DNA of 64,000 nucleotides, taken from assembly GCA_000002435.2 (NCBI GenBank), contig CM018792.1; one strand, given 5' to 3'. Position numbers and translations under genes: made by a program. The stretch is from Giardia intestinalis. Its lineage: Eukaryota. Each line of letters begins with the position of its first letter. Position 1 is the first letter of the stretch. A model generated the notes under the pieces. It was not told where the DNA came from, made no database searches, and saw only the letters and a list, made by a program, of their open reading frames with translations. Shown in pieces: positions 8,626 to 19,500 of the stretch.

Positions 8626-11600
8626 ATGGCGGACCCTCAGTACTCTCAGCAGCTTCTCAATATAGACGCCAAGCTGCAGAGCATTTACGACGAGTGCGTT
8701 TGTGAAGTGATTGGACGGCATTCAGTAGACGCTAATAATGCTTTTTCTCCTGCAATCCGGGATGACTTATATCTCTTGCATCAGAGGGTTCTCACCAAGC
8801 AAGCGACTGAAGATGACAATGCTCGGTACCGTCCGCTATATCTAGAAATTTCCACAGCCTACACTCATAAGCTAAGGCAGCTTAGCACTGTGGATCCCGC
8901 ACTGGCTCAGTATTTACAGTATCAACAGCTACAAGCGACTCAGCAAATGGCTCAGCGCTCGCAGCAGGTCCAGCAGGTTCATCAGCCTCCAGTTCAGCAG
9001 CAGACCCAACAACAAGTCCAGCAGCAAAGGAACGCGTCTGACAGGCTGTCCCAAACGTCATATATGCTGGAATTTGCATATCAGACCCAAGGGCAACATA
9101 CAAAGGACATTCTGCGCACTCTCAGAGCATATTATGACTCTTACGCGCAGCAATCGCATATGCCCCAGGTTGTTGAGAGTGTATTTGCGCAAATGAAGCT
9201 TATATTTTGCTATCTTTTTTGCATGATTAAGCTTTCTGGGGACTCTACAAAGGCTGCAGAGATAGAGCAAGCATATTCGCTGCTCTGCCAAGAAAAGAGT
9301 AGAGCGGGAGCTCCCCTTTTCGCATCGCCAGAACTGTATAAGGAGTTAGAAGAAGAGACACAGATGTTTTTGAATAGCAAACAAGCTCAGGCTCAGCAGT
9401 ATTCGTATTCTCAGGGCTCGTTTGCCTCAGATGCCGCACAGCCACTTTCTATCTTTCAGCCTGTCAAGGAGGAAGCGCTATCATATGCACACTTTGGATA
9501 TGTGCTTCTTCATCCTGCCACGCAGAAGCAGCTGTACGAAGTGCTCAAAATTCTCTGCGCACAACCGTCCGCATCTCAGCAACAATACCAATCTGTAAAA
9601 GCTGCCCTTGTTAAGTATCTCTACATATTTCCTCGGAAGACAAAGAATTGCTGGTTAAATCTCAATGTAGACTTGTATGCAAAGATCTGTCCTTCTTCTC
9701 AAACCTTCCCGTCTGCAGGGCTGTACCAGGTACTTGATTACTTGAAGGTACAGTGCTATAGTCTTTTTCAATGTATATATGAAATATCCAGATACATAGT
9801 AACGGCGATCCAGGTGAAGAGCTCAGGCCAAGACTTGTCACAAGCAGCAGCGATCATAAATAATTTTAGAATCAATATGTTCTACGATTTTAAGTATAAT
9901 CTTTACCGACCACCATATTATAACGAGCTCCCACAACCTGATCCTCATCTGAACGAGTATTATGCGGAGTTTGTCCAACCTACGGTAGAGTCTCTCCCTA
10001 ATATAGAATCGCAAATCAGCCTTATGACTCAGGGTCCTACAGGCGATCCCGGGTTGCCCTTGCATCAACCGCAAGCGCGAGCAGAAACCAAAGCGGAACC
10101 TCAAGGACTAGGTAAAGCAGAGCAACAGACCAGGCTACAAAGCGAATTGCAGAACGACAGCCACAGATCCTTCTTGAATAAATATAGGGAACTGTGCATA
10201 CAGGTGTTTCAGGTGTCCAACATCACAAAGCCCGCTCGCGATTCTTACTCGAAGGTAATAAAGGACTATAACGTAGCATACAACCACCTCCTCTCCTTTG
10301 GAAATACCAACTCAGCTGAAAAGCAGAATGCCGAATTTGCGGCTAGAGCTCTTTATAACAAGGCGCTAGCAATTCAGGAAGACATGCGGCAAAAGGAGCA
10401 GGCATATTACACGAGTCTGCAACAATTATCTGCATACGAACAGTCAATAAACGGGTCTGACGACCTTCGAGCTGAAATGGAGCAGATTAAACAGAGCGTC
10501 ATGGACATGTACATTAATAAGGCCGCGTATCAGAAGGCTCCTCCGCCGACTATGCAACAACGGCAGCGTGCATCTACAAGACAGCTGACCCGTTCGACCA
10601 CACCAAGCATAACCCCCTTACACTCACTCTCCTCGGAAGCAGTCAGCACAATGGAAGAGAGCAGCGAGTCTTCGGAGGCATCACCGGTCTTTGATGACAC
10701 TGAAGATACACAAAACCAGGCCGTCTCCGATGAACTCAGCGATGTTCCTGACCACGACACAGACGTTGAGGAAGAAAATTATATTGGATGCGTACTCGAT
10801 TGCAAACGGATACCCATGACCTCTGCGTGGCTTTACACACCTTCCCTCCTAATTAAGCCAGATCCAGATCCGTCAACGATCGGCAAATATGACTTTTTGC
10901 GCCCTAAGGGGATTCAGCGATTGGGACGCAGTGATGGAGGTATAGCAACTGTACGGATAGACTTTCTGTATGAAGATTTAGACAACGTCAACAATGTGAT
11001 TGAGATATCTCCAGAAGAGGAAAATATAAAGCGCTCTGTAGATTCATCTTCTCGTATGAGCAAAGGGGTTAGAGACCTAGAAAGATCTGTAATCAAAGAA
11101 TCGCCTCAGGGTGAAAAGCAAAGGACGGGCATTACCAAGGTTCCTTCCAAGGACTCGTTAGATGATAATATTGTAAGCGTACAAAATGCGTCACCCCTTA
11201 CCGCTGAAAAAGCTGATGTAGTAGACAACCATAGTATCATTGCTGATGCAGAATTACTTACTGTAAAGGACAGTGACCAGAACGGAAGCCTCCCTCAAGG
11301 CGAGTATCAAGACCCAGAGAGTAAGGAGAAGGATGATAATCCCGAAAAACTGGACGAGGCGAATGAACCTGACGGCCAAGAGGGCCATGAAGACCTTACT
11401 GAGTCTAGTGATACTGTTGTTACTCCTCGAACTGAAGAGCGGCGAGCAGCAGCAGAAAATGAGCATGTATACATTTTCCTTATCAAGTGGCAGAGGAAGG
11501 CACATTGCCATGCAACGTGGGAGCTAGAGGACTATCTTATGCACTTATCATCGTACGTGAAGGTCAAGAACTACAAGAAGAAATATGAAAAGATCCAGGG

Positions 11601-14600
11601 ATTCATCTATAACAAAGACACAGATGACATCTCTAAAGAGGATGTCAAAGACAAAATACGGTCACAGAAGCTACAGATTCGAAGCTATATGATTCCCGAG
11701 AAGATAGTCGGCATGCGCATCGATACAGAGTTGGCTACTCACTATAATGAGAAGCTTACAAAGATATTTAATTATATGCGCACAGATTCAGAGCTTAACT
11801 TGCGTTACTCGGAAGCTTTTGCAGGCGCATTTACTCGAAATGTAGGTGATGGCAAGCTGCACTATTATCCTGAATTCAATAATAGTGACTCCGAGCCTGT
11901 GGCTATTACCGAGTTTAATTTCAATGACCCTGATGTATTCTGCAATAGACAACTTGATGAGGATGGATACCTGCCTTCTTATCCCATAGCTCATTCCTCG
12001 GACGGGCAAGGGCTGCTGTCTGAAGCATCACAGAGCTCAGCCATCGACAAAATAAGCGGATATATCTATCTTGTGAAGTGGCGGGACCTCCCATATTCCC
12101 AAGTAACAGATGAGTATTATGAAGATCTTTTAGCAAATCCGTACATAAGACACGAGTACCTTCACAAATTAATCAACGACTTTAAAGCGCGGTCAGATGC
12201 AATCAGTCAGACCCTTAGCAAGGAATCCTCTATTGGTTACGATGCACGACCCATTCTCTCTGGAGATCCACAGTCAGAGGTTGATGCTGTCATCTGCTCT
12301 CCCCATCCGTCCTTCTTGATAGATGTCTCTGATAACCTGGTCTTGCGAGACCATCAGATTGATGGCGTTAAGTTCCTCCTCATAAGCTGGCTACAGAAGC
12401 GGAACGTTATTTTAGCCGATGATCTAGGAGTAGGGAAAACGATACAAACAATCGCCTTTATCTCAGCACTGCACAACCACTTTCATGTTCCTGGTCCATT
12501 TCTTATTGTCGTTCCTATTTCTACTCTTTCTGCATGGCAAATGGCTCTTTCCGATTGGTGTCCGAATATGACCGTGGTGACTCTAATAGGGACCAAGGAG
12601 GATAGAGAGGTCATCGTCACACATGAATTTTATTTTAAGCCAGAGGGCGACCAAGCAGAGCTTCTTTCAGGCGACGCAGCAGAGCGGTCCATACCGGAGA
12701 AGATTCCTCGTTTTCATATCTTGCTGACGACTCCCCAGATGGCTGTTAAGCACGAAGACGACTTAATGTCCTTTCAGTGGCGTCTCCTGGCAATTGATGA
12801 AGCCCACAGCTTGAAGAACTCTGCATCTATTAGAACTACAACCTTTTCACGGTATAAAACAGATGCTAAGCTCCTTATCACCGGGACACCAATGCAAAAC
12901 TCCATCGAAGAGCTTTTCAACCTGCTTAATTTTATCGAGCCAGAGGTTTTCCCAAACATAGATGTCTTTGCTTGCAGAGATGACAAGAGTGTTGAGCTAT
13001 TCAAGAACGCTCTTCAGTCCTGGGAAAATACTATCTCTACGTCAGCTCCATCTCTTAACTCTTGCTCAGAAATACTAAGTAGCCAACAGCGTGTTGATAC
13101 CATAAGAAGCACTATTCAGCCTTACATTCTGCGTCGTGTAAAGTCGGTGGTCGAAAAGTGTATTCCTCCTCGGAAAGAGTTGATACTTCGTATTCACATG
13201 ACCCCCTTGCAAATTTCTTGTTCTGAATGGCTATTGGAGCAGAACTACGAAATGCTGACTGCAAAATCGTATAATTCAGTGAAGCTGCAGAATCTACTGA
13301 TGCAGCTGAGAAAGGTTTGCAATCATCCTTACATTATCCATGATTTGAAACTCCACACAGCTAATCTGAAAGATATAGTGGATGGCAGCGGCAAGTTTCA
13401 AGTGTTGGACAAGCTTCTAGACAAGTTGAACAGCGAGGGCCACCGTGTATTGATTTTTTCTCAATTAATTAAGACGTTAGACATCCTCGAGCGATACTGC
13501 TTCTATAAAAAGTATAAGTTCCAGCGTCTTCAGGGATCGATGACATCAGAGCAGAGGCGGCGTGCAATTAACAACTTCAATGAAAAGAACTCCAAGGATT
13601 TCATATTTCTTCTAAGCACGCGTTCGGGTGGCCAGGGCATCAATCTAGCAACAGCAGACACTGTTATTATCTTTGATGCTGACTATAATCCACACAATGA
13701 CCTCCAAGCGGCTGGTAGGGTCCATAGGATCGGCCAATCAAAGCCAGTCACCATTTACCGCCTAGTGACGCGTGACAGTGTTGAGGAGAGAATCCTTGAC
13801 ATAGGTCATCGTAAACTGATGCTGGACTACGCTATCATCCAGAAGAAGAATGAGTCCATTAATCTTACCATTAGCGATCAACCGGCCTTTGGTAACAAAA
13901 CCCCTATAACAGGCGACAGCTCACAACGTAGTTCTGCTGACGATCCTACCCGTGTAGACACCTCTGGAAGTCAAGCTCAGGCAGAGCTGTCTCTTCTAAA
14001 TAAAGGGACCTTGGCTGTGAACCAGCCGGTGGAGACCTTCTCGGTTATTAACGAACAGGGTGAGGTTGTCGGCACAGACACGCTCTCCTCTGTTACAGTT
14101 ACTAACCTAAAGTCAATCACCCCTGCAGCCAACGAACAGGAGGAACAGATTATGCGGCACGTCGTTCGTTTTGGTGCTGAGCAACTGACAAAGATGGATC
14201 ACAATGCAGGTAGCCAACAGTCTTCAACCTCGCCAGAGACTAATTTCTTAGACATCGAGCAAATCCTTTCCGGAGCAGAAGAAGTCAACTACGAAGATCT
14301 GTCGCAGAACAAATTCGGAAAACTTCCGGGAAATATCTTTCAGCTGTCGGACTTGTCTCCAGATAAGTCTGTCAAAGAGAATAAACACGAGAACGATCAG
14401 GACTTCTGGCGTCGTATTAAGGATACTATAGCAGCGAATACTTCCAATGATGGGGCGCGTCAGATCACTACGGGACCACTAGAGCAACTCCTATCCCCTG
14501 GAAAGCCTGCAGTCAACCTTGTGCAGTTTTCGTTCCTCCAGACGCGAGAGATAATGAAGATTGTAAAGCTTCTTCGGCGTTTTGGAACGACCACGAATGC

Positions 14601-16563
14601 GCACATACAACAGATTTACTCTATGGACAAGACAATAGCTACAACCTTGGTTTCAGATATCAACCTCAAGCACTTCTGTGATAGCATCTTGGAGTTGTGT
14701 AAAAAGAGCTGCATTAGAAGAAATCATGATCCTCTTCATATAGCGAAGTCTGCCACATCACCCATTCCATTCATGGCAACAACTATTAACCCAACGGATC
14801 TATGCAAGTCACACTACACGATGCTCATTTTGGAATCTATTGTATTGGATGACAAATTTCTTTTCCCTGCAAGTCTTGCACCGCCAAAACCGTCCTGGGC
14901 CACCATCTATCCTTCCATAATTGATACAAAGCTATTGCTGTTGACGATAAGTGACGGCTTTTTTATTACAGAAAATGACATACCATTAATGAATCTCGAG
15001 GAAGTAATGAACACCCCCGGCCTTGAGGTACCTGAGGATCCTCCTCGGGGCAGTATTCTAAAGCGAATCCAGCAGCTTATGCGTCTCGTACTGCGCATCC
15101 CTTCTCACTCTGCGTATAGTGCAATAGACACAGACAACGTCCGGATCAGCCTCACTCCAGACCTCTCTGTCTATGATGATCAGCACTTTCTTGAATACTA
15201 CCAGAAGGCCCAGGGACTCTCCAGCGATAAAGAGCAACTAAGGGCTGAGATCTCTCGGCTTGTAGAAAGTATCTCGCAGGTCCGTGGAATGAATATGGTT
15301 CAAGCTGAAGAGCTCGACGACTTTAACGATTATACAACTGTCAATACAACTCTCCGGCGCAGTAAAAACTATATTCCCCAGGATATTATTTCAGAGCTAG
15401 GTGTCGAAACAGCCATGTCTATGTCAAAGACAGCACTGCACAACTACTTAGAGAGGCAAGCTCAAAATAAAAGCCTCCTAAACACATGCTTCAAGGTTCC
15501 AAATCAACAGCGCTCTTTCAGAACATGCCTGAACATCATTAAGAAGCACGTTACTTCAGAAAGGAGAAAGCGCATGACAATCCTCTTGCGAGACGTACTC
15601 ATAGCACTTGGAAATGATCGGAAGTATCTCTTAGGCGTTAAGGTCCCGATAGCAAGTTCTATTCTACTAAATGATAAATACGTTCACAAATTAGACTCGC
15701 TGTTAGCGGAGAAGGAAGGCGCATACAACAGCACTAACGCTGCCAGTACACTAACTAAATGTGTCACCATTCCAAGAATAAATCTTGAGAAGTTCAGGCC
15801 CATTGCAACTCTCACACAAGTCGAGCTTGCCGAGGCACATACCGCAGAGGCAAAGATATCCACATATGCTCAGAACGTCAATCCATCAACCCTCCACTTT
15901 TACATTGACAACATTCTTGCAGAGATAATAGCCACGCAAAAGTACAAGGTTACCTACCTGAATACTCTCAAAGCGGATTTTCTGGCAGTCAGTACTTCTA
16001 TCTTGAATACCATTGCCTCTCGGAGCTGGGACATAATGCTACACTGTTACGAGTACCTCCACGATAACAAGACATATTACACCAATATCTACCCTAGTGA
16101 AGAGGACGCCCTCTATATCTTGATGCGAGAGTTTGAAGCAGATCTAGCCAACTTTCTTCTCAAGTATGTCATCTCTATCATCTTTCCGAGTCAACAAGAA
16201 CCCGCATGTATTCTCTGGTACATCTGTCAATACTTTCTAATGGATGCACAGCACGTAAGCCATGACGACTCTGGATTTAAGATCTCCACTACTACTTGGA
16301 AAATAACAGAGTCTTCTGATACTACGATGTATAGCTCAATGTCGTCTTTATCCTTTACGGCTGAAGTGCAGATCTCTTTTTCTGAGGAAAAGGAGTTGGA
16401 GTATAAGCAATATCTGATAGATAGCAAGGCAGAGCTTGCCCGTAGTGTGTCTAAGCAAGAACTGGACAATGCCAGCTATTTAGCTGCAGAGTCCTCTAAT
16501 GATAGTTCTCCGGATGAAGACCTGTCTGTCGCTTCTACCTCTAACAATGATAGGCACTCTTAG
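8626..16563 (+). CDS. CHD-family chromodomain-helicase-DNA-binding SNF2 ATPase (2645 aa)
   Basis: ATG at 8626 after aaaaattaataaa. Tandem chromodomains (HVYIFLIKWQRKAHCHATWE and YIYLVKWRDLPYSQVTDEYYEDL). SNF2 N-terminal lobe DLGVGKTIQTIAF with DEAH box LAIDEAHSLKN. Helicase-C lobe LLSTRSGGQGINLATADTVIIFDADYNPHNDLQAAGRVHRIGQ. Q-rich N-terminus. Confidence 0.85.
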   Translation: MADPQYSQQLLNIDAKLQSIYDECVCEVIGRHSVDANNAFSPAIRDDLYLLHQRVLTKQATEDDNARYRPLYLEISTAYTHKLRQLSTVDPALAQYLQYQQLQATQQMAQRSQQVQQVHQPPVQQQTQQQVQQQRNASDRLSQTSYMLEFAYQTQGQHTKDILRTLRAYYDSYAQQSHMPQVVESVFAQMKLIFCYLFCMIKLSGDSTKAAEIEQAYSLLCQEKSRAGAPLFASPELYKELEEETQMFLNSKQAQAQQYSYSQGSFASDAAQPLSIFQPVKEEALSYAHFGYVLLHPATQKQLYEVLKILCAQPSASQQQYQSVKAALVKYLYIFPRKTKNCWLNLNVDLYAKICPSSQTFPSAGLYQVLDYLKVQCYSLFQCIYEISRYIVTAIQVKSSGQDLSQAAAIINNFRINMFYDFKYNLYRPPYYNELPQPDPHLNEYYAEFVQPTVESLPNIESQISLMTQGPTGDPGLPLHQPQARAETKAEPQGLGKAEQQTRLQSELQNDSHRSFLNKYRELCIQVFQVSNITKPARDSYSKVIKDYNVAYNHLLSFGNTNSAEKQNAEFAARALYNKALAIQEDMRQKEQAYYTSLQQLSAYEQSINGSDDLRAEMEQIKQSVMDMYINKAAYQKAPPPTMQQRQRASTRQLTRSTTPSITPLHSLSSEAVSTMEESSESSEASPVFDDTEDTQNQAVSDELSDVPDHDTDVEEENYIGCVLDCKRIPMTSAWLYTPSLLIKPDPDPSTIGKYDFLRPKGIQRLGRSDGGIATVRIDFLYEDLDNVNNVIEISPEEENIKRSVDSSSRMSKGVRDLERSVIKESPQGEKQRTGITKVPSKDSLDDNIVSVQNASPLTAEKADVVDNHSIIADAELLTVKDSDQNGSLPQGEYQDPESKEKDDNPEKLDEANEPDGQEGHEDLTESSDTVVTPRTEERRAAAENEHVYIFLIKWQRKAHCHATWELEDYLMHLSSYVKVKNYKKKYEKIQGFIYNKDTDDISKEDVKDKIRSQKLQIRSYMIPEKIVGMRIDTELATHYNEKLTKIFNYMRTDSELNLRYSEAFAGAFTRNVGDGKLHYYPEFNNSDSEPVAITEFNFNDPDVFCNRQLDEDGYLPSYPIAHSSDGQGLLSEASQSSAIDKISGYIYLVKWRDLPYSQVTDEYYEDLLANPYIRHEYLHKLINDFKARSDAISQTLSKESSIGYDARPILSGDPQSEVDAVICSPHPSFLIDVSDNLVLRDHQIDGVKFLLISWLQKRNVILADDLGVGKTIQTIAFISALHNHFHVPGPFLIVVPISTLSAWQMALSDWCPNMTVVTLIGTKEDREVIVTHEFYFKPEGDQAELLSGDAAERSIPEKIPRFHILLTTPQMAVKHEDDLMSFQWRLLAIDEAHSLKNSASIRTTTFSRYKTDAKLLITGTPMQNSIEELFNLLNFIEPEVFPNIDVFACRDDKSVELFKNALQSWENTISTSAPSLNSCSEILSSQQRVDTIRSTIQPYILRRVKSVVEKCIPPRKELILRIHMTPLQISCSEWLLEQNYEMLTAKSYNSVKLQNLLMQLRKVCNHPYIIHDLKLHTANLKDIVDGSGKFQVLDKLLDKLNSEGHRVLIFSQLIKTLDILERYCFYKKYKFQRLQGSMTSEQRRRAINNFNEKNSKDFIFLLSTRSGGQGINLATADTVIIFDADYNPHNDLQAAGRVHRIGQSKPVTIYRLVTRDSVEERILDIGHRKLMLDYAIIQKKNESINLTISDQPAFGNKTPITGDSSQRSSADDPTRVDTSGSQAQAELSLLNKGTLAVNQPVETFSVINEQGEVVGTDTLSSVTVTNLKSITPAANEQEEQIMRHVVRFGAEQLTKMDHNAGSQQSSTSPETNFLDIEQILSGAEEVNYEDLSQNKFGKLPGNIFQLSDLSPDKSVKENKHENDQDFWRRIKDTIAANTSNDGARQITTGPLEQLLSPGKPAVNLVQFSFLQTREIMKIVKLLRRFGTTTNAHIQQIYSMDKTIATTLVSDINLKHFCDSILELCKKSCIRRNHDPLHIAKSATSPIPFMATTINPTDLCKSHYTMLILESIVLDDKFLFPASLAPPKPSWATIYPSIIDTKLLLLTISDGFFITENDIPLMNLEEVMNTPGLEVPEDPPRGSILKRIQQLMRLVLRIPSHSAYSAIDTDNVRISLTPDLSVYDDQHFLEYYQKAQGLSSDKEQLRAEISRLVESISQVRGMNMVQAEELDDFNDYTTVNTTLRRSKNYIPQDIISELGVETAMSMSKTALHNYLERQAQNKSLLNTCFKVPNQQRSFRTCLNIIKKHVTSERRKRMTILLRDVLIALGNDRKYLLGVKVPIASSILLNDKYVHKLDSLLAEKEGAYNSTNAASTLTKCVTIPRINLEKFRPIATLTQVELAEAHTAEAKISTYAQNVNPSTLHFYIDNILAEIIATQKYKVTYLNTLKADFLAVSTSILNTIASRSWDIMLHCYEYLHDNKTYYTNIYPSEEDALYILMREFEADLANFLLKYVISIIFPSQQEPACILWYICQYFLMDAQHVSHDDSGFKISTTTWKITESSDTTMYSSMSSLSFTAEVQISFSEEKELEYKQYLIDSKAELARSVSKQELDNASYLAAESSNDSSPDEDLSVASTSNNDRHS
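8916..9033 (+). repeat. CAG/CAA-rich poly-Q coding tract inside the CHD gene
   Basis: Codes QQLQATQQMAQRSQQVQQVHQPPVQQQTQQQVQQQ. Confidence 0.5.
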
Positions 16564-16593
16564 GGGACAGGCTTTATTTATATAAAGTAACGA

Positions 16594-19500
16594 CTATTTC
16601 GTTGTGCTTGTGCTGTACTCTATCTCTACGTTATCCAGATTGTTTACGTCCAAGCCGAGAAATCGGGTGACATTCGCGGCTATAGAGACGTTGTTGACGT
16701 CATCCTCATGAGGAACAGCTGAATCGAATATATCTAGCACACAGGACGGAATATTATTGTCAGAGGCTGAAGCTATGGATGAACATTCCCCTAGATACGG
16801 TTGGTTGTGAGCTGTAGCAATGCACGCAGAGGAGCGTGATAAGTGGGCATTGGCTTTTTCATAAAAATGGAGCGAATTTGCGCTACTATTTCTGGATGTA
16901 AATGAGCTATTAGCAGTCCTGGGAGTATTTAAAATTGTCTTTTGAAACTTGACCGCATTTTTCAGATCTGGTAGATTATTTCTATTACTGGGGTTGCCAT
17001 CCAATAATAGTTCAGAATTGGCCGGCTCCAAGTGTAGCGCATTGGACTCTGGCAAGTCGTGATCACGACAGCTTTCTGACGTCTTCTCTTTCCCTGGCAA
17101 AGCAGTGGAGAGAAGCGTCTCGCAATCCGTGCTATCAGAATAGGAAGAGCTTTCCATGCTAACAAAACGAGACATTCTTTCAATCGCCTTGCACTGCATG
17201 CTCATATCAGAAAAGATCCCTGCTAAGGCAGTAGTAGAGCCGTGCTTCCGTAGAGGGAGCTTGTGTCCTTGCACACTGGATACTATCTTTGCCGAATCAC
17301 TCTTTTCCTGTGAGTCCATCCGCAAAATCTGAGAGCTAGTCTTCTGAGAAGGATAGTTAATACTGCCCTTGGCACTTAATTGACCAGATGAAGAGCCTGT
17401 TCCATGCCCTACTTTGTTTGCTTGTCCAGCCCAGATATTGCGTAATTGACTGTGGAGCGCGGCTATTCCTTTTGATTCGCTGGTAGCTGTGTGGAGAAGC
17501 ATTATCTGGTCATTAGTTAGCACCTCACTAGAGTTTTGTCGTAATTGAGCAGGTAATACACTAGTAATTTTCGGATACTCTGGAATTTTGGCTCCACTCA
17601 TCATTGCAGATGAATAACGAACCATCCTGGGACAAGGAGACTCCCGTTGGTCTGCTGGTGTTAGAGCATCATTAACGCATTCTGAGACACTATACCCACT
17701 AGTAATGCTTTCACCTAAGCGCTCTTGAAGGCGTTCTTTAAAGTCAGCCCGAAGATCAGCAGTGAAAGAAGGCGGCGCCTTAGAGAGAGTATTAACTGAA
17801 ACAGATCGAGGAGGAAACTCCAATTGACACTCTGATGCAGTCTTACTTCTAGATAAGCAACAAAGGTCATCGAAAGGAAAAATTCCCGTGCTGGTATGAA
17901 GATCAGCTTTAGAAATAGTCAGATCAACGGGAGTTATAGGAAGCCTAGCAGATAGCGACTGTGAATAACTTGATGAACCTATCAATGACAAGTTATTGGT
18001 GAGCAATGCATCCTTGTTACTTAGTTGGCGCTCTTCTTCAGCAATTGTTGCTAAGCCATTTAATGCAGATGAAATTGACTCTAGGGTAATGCAAGAGTCG
18101 GTGTTAACAGAATAGTAGCATCGCATTGTCTCAGAATCATTTTCAATGAAAGAGGGAACGCTGCTAGGGCTGCTAAGCAACGCGCAAGAGAACTCCATCG
18201 ATTCATCGTGTGGAGGTGAAAGGTTGTTGCTCTTCCTAATAGGTGATGTAGGCTCTGTAGAGTAGGGTTGTATCTCAGTAGTATAAGTAGATGAAGATGC
18301 AGCGGACTCTTCGTGGATATACTGACTGGCAAACACTTTATTCATTCCAGAAGTGGTAAGCTTAATCGAAGCACTCTTATATAAAGATTCGCGTCCTAAT
18401 ACATTAGACAGGCTTATCTGGGTTATCTGGGGGTCGTTAGCTGGTAACGGAGTAGTATTAACAGGATACTGAAGTGTGGTGTGTGAAATGTTCACAGTAG
18501 GACGCTGAAAAGAAAGACAACTAGAGTTGCGCTGTGTTTTTATCGTAGAGTACAGATGCTTAATCCAGGTGAGTCGGCTTATTGTGAGCTTCTCAAAATA
18601 CGGAACGGTAGAAACGAGGCATTCAAGCAAAACGCCCACCTGAATACTCTTGAGCGCTTTGATAAGTCCCCAGATGTTCCCAGCGCTCTTAAGGAGACTG
18701 TTACTGAAGATGTATTCCAGACTTCGTGTGCTCACTGTGGTGGCTTCAGAGTCCTGCAAAGTTGTCATATCATTGAGCAGCCCCAACGAAAAAAGATTAA
18801 ATAACTTAGAAAACGCAACGTGTGTTCCTATCGAAAGCTCCTTGATATTTACCTCAATATCAACGAAGGGATTTATCTCTGTGAAATTGGTACCAGTAGC
18901 ATTGAAAACAGAATGAAATGAAGACTTTCGTTTTGTAGATTTAACCATGCTGTGATCATAATTAGAGATATAAGGCATCACTCTAACAAAAGATGACTTC
19001 CAAGGAATTGTGTTTAGCATAAGGTAGATATCGTCATGTAGTTGGTCAAGAACATTGTCGCCAGCTGCAACATTCATTAAGTCAAATTGGCCACCAGATA
19101 GTTTGCCAGTACTCCAATCAGTATGCCTACTATCATCATTTAAGAAGGTCCTTGGCCTTGCTTTATAGATAGGTAGGTTCGACGTGCTTGAGCAAGCAGT
19201 CTCATAGAGCTTCAGCATTGGCACCTTCTTTATTCTGGAGCCAACTGAGCCACTGCTATCTTGAGCTGAGCTGGTGCTCTCCTCCGATGAAGCCCTGAAT
19301 CGCCCAGCATGTAAAATACCGCTTTGAGATTTGTGCGGCGTGATAGCCTCGTCTGGTTTGGTAGGCTTGGAAAAGGCATTAGAGTTTTCAGTTTTGGATG
19401 ACTGCAAAGCGGCAAGAAGCAACTGCTTGCTATTATGGGGCGTTTGAATAAGCAAACTATAAATTTCATCATTACTAATAGACGATCGTCTAAAGATGTG

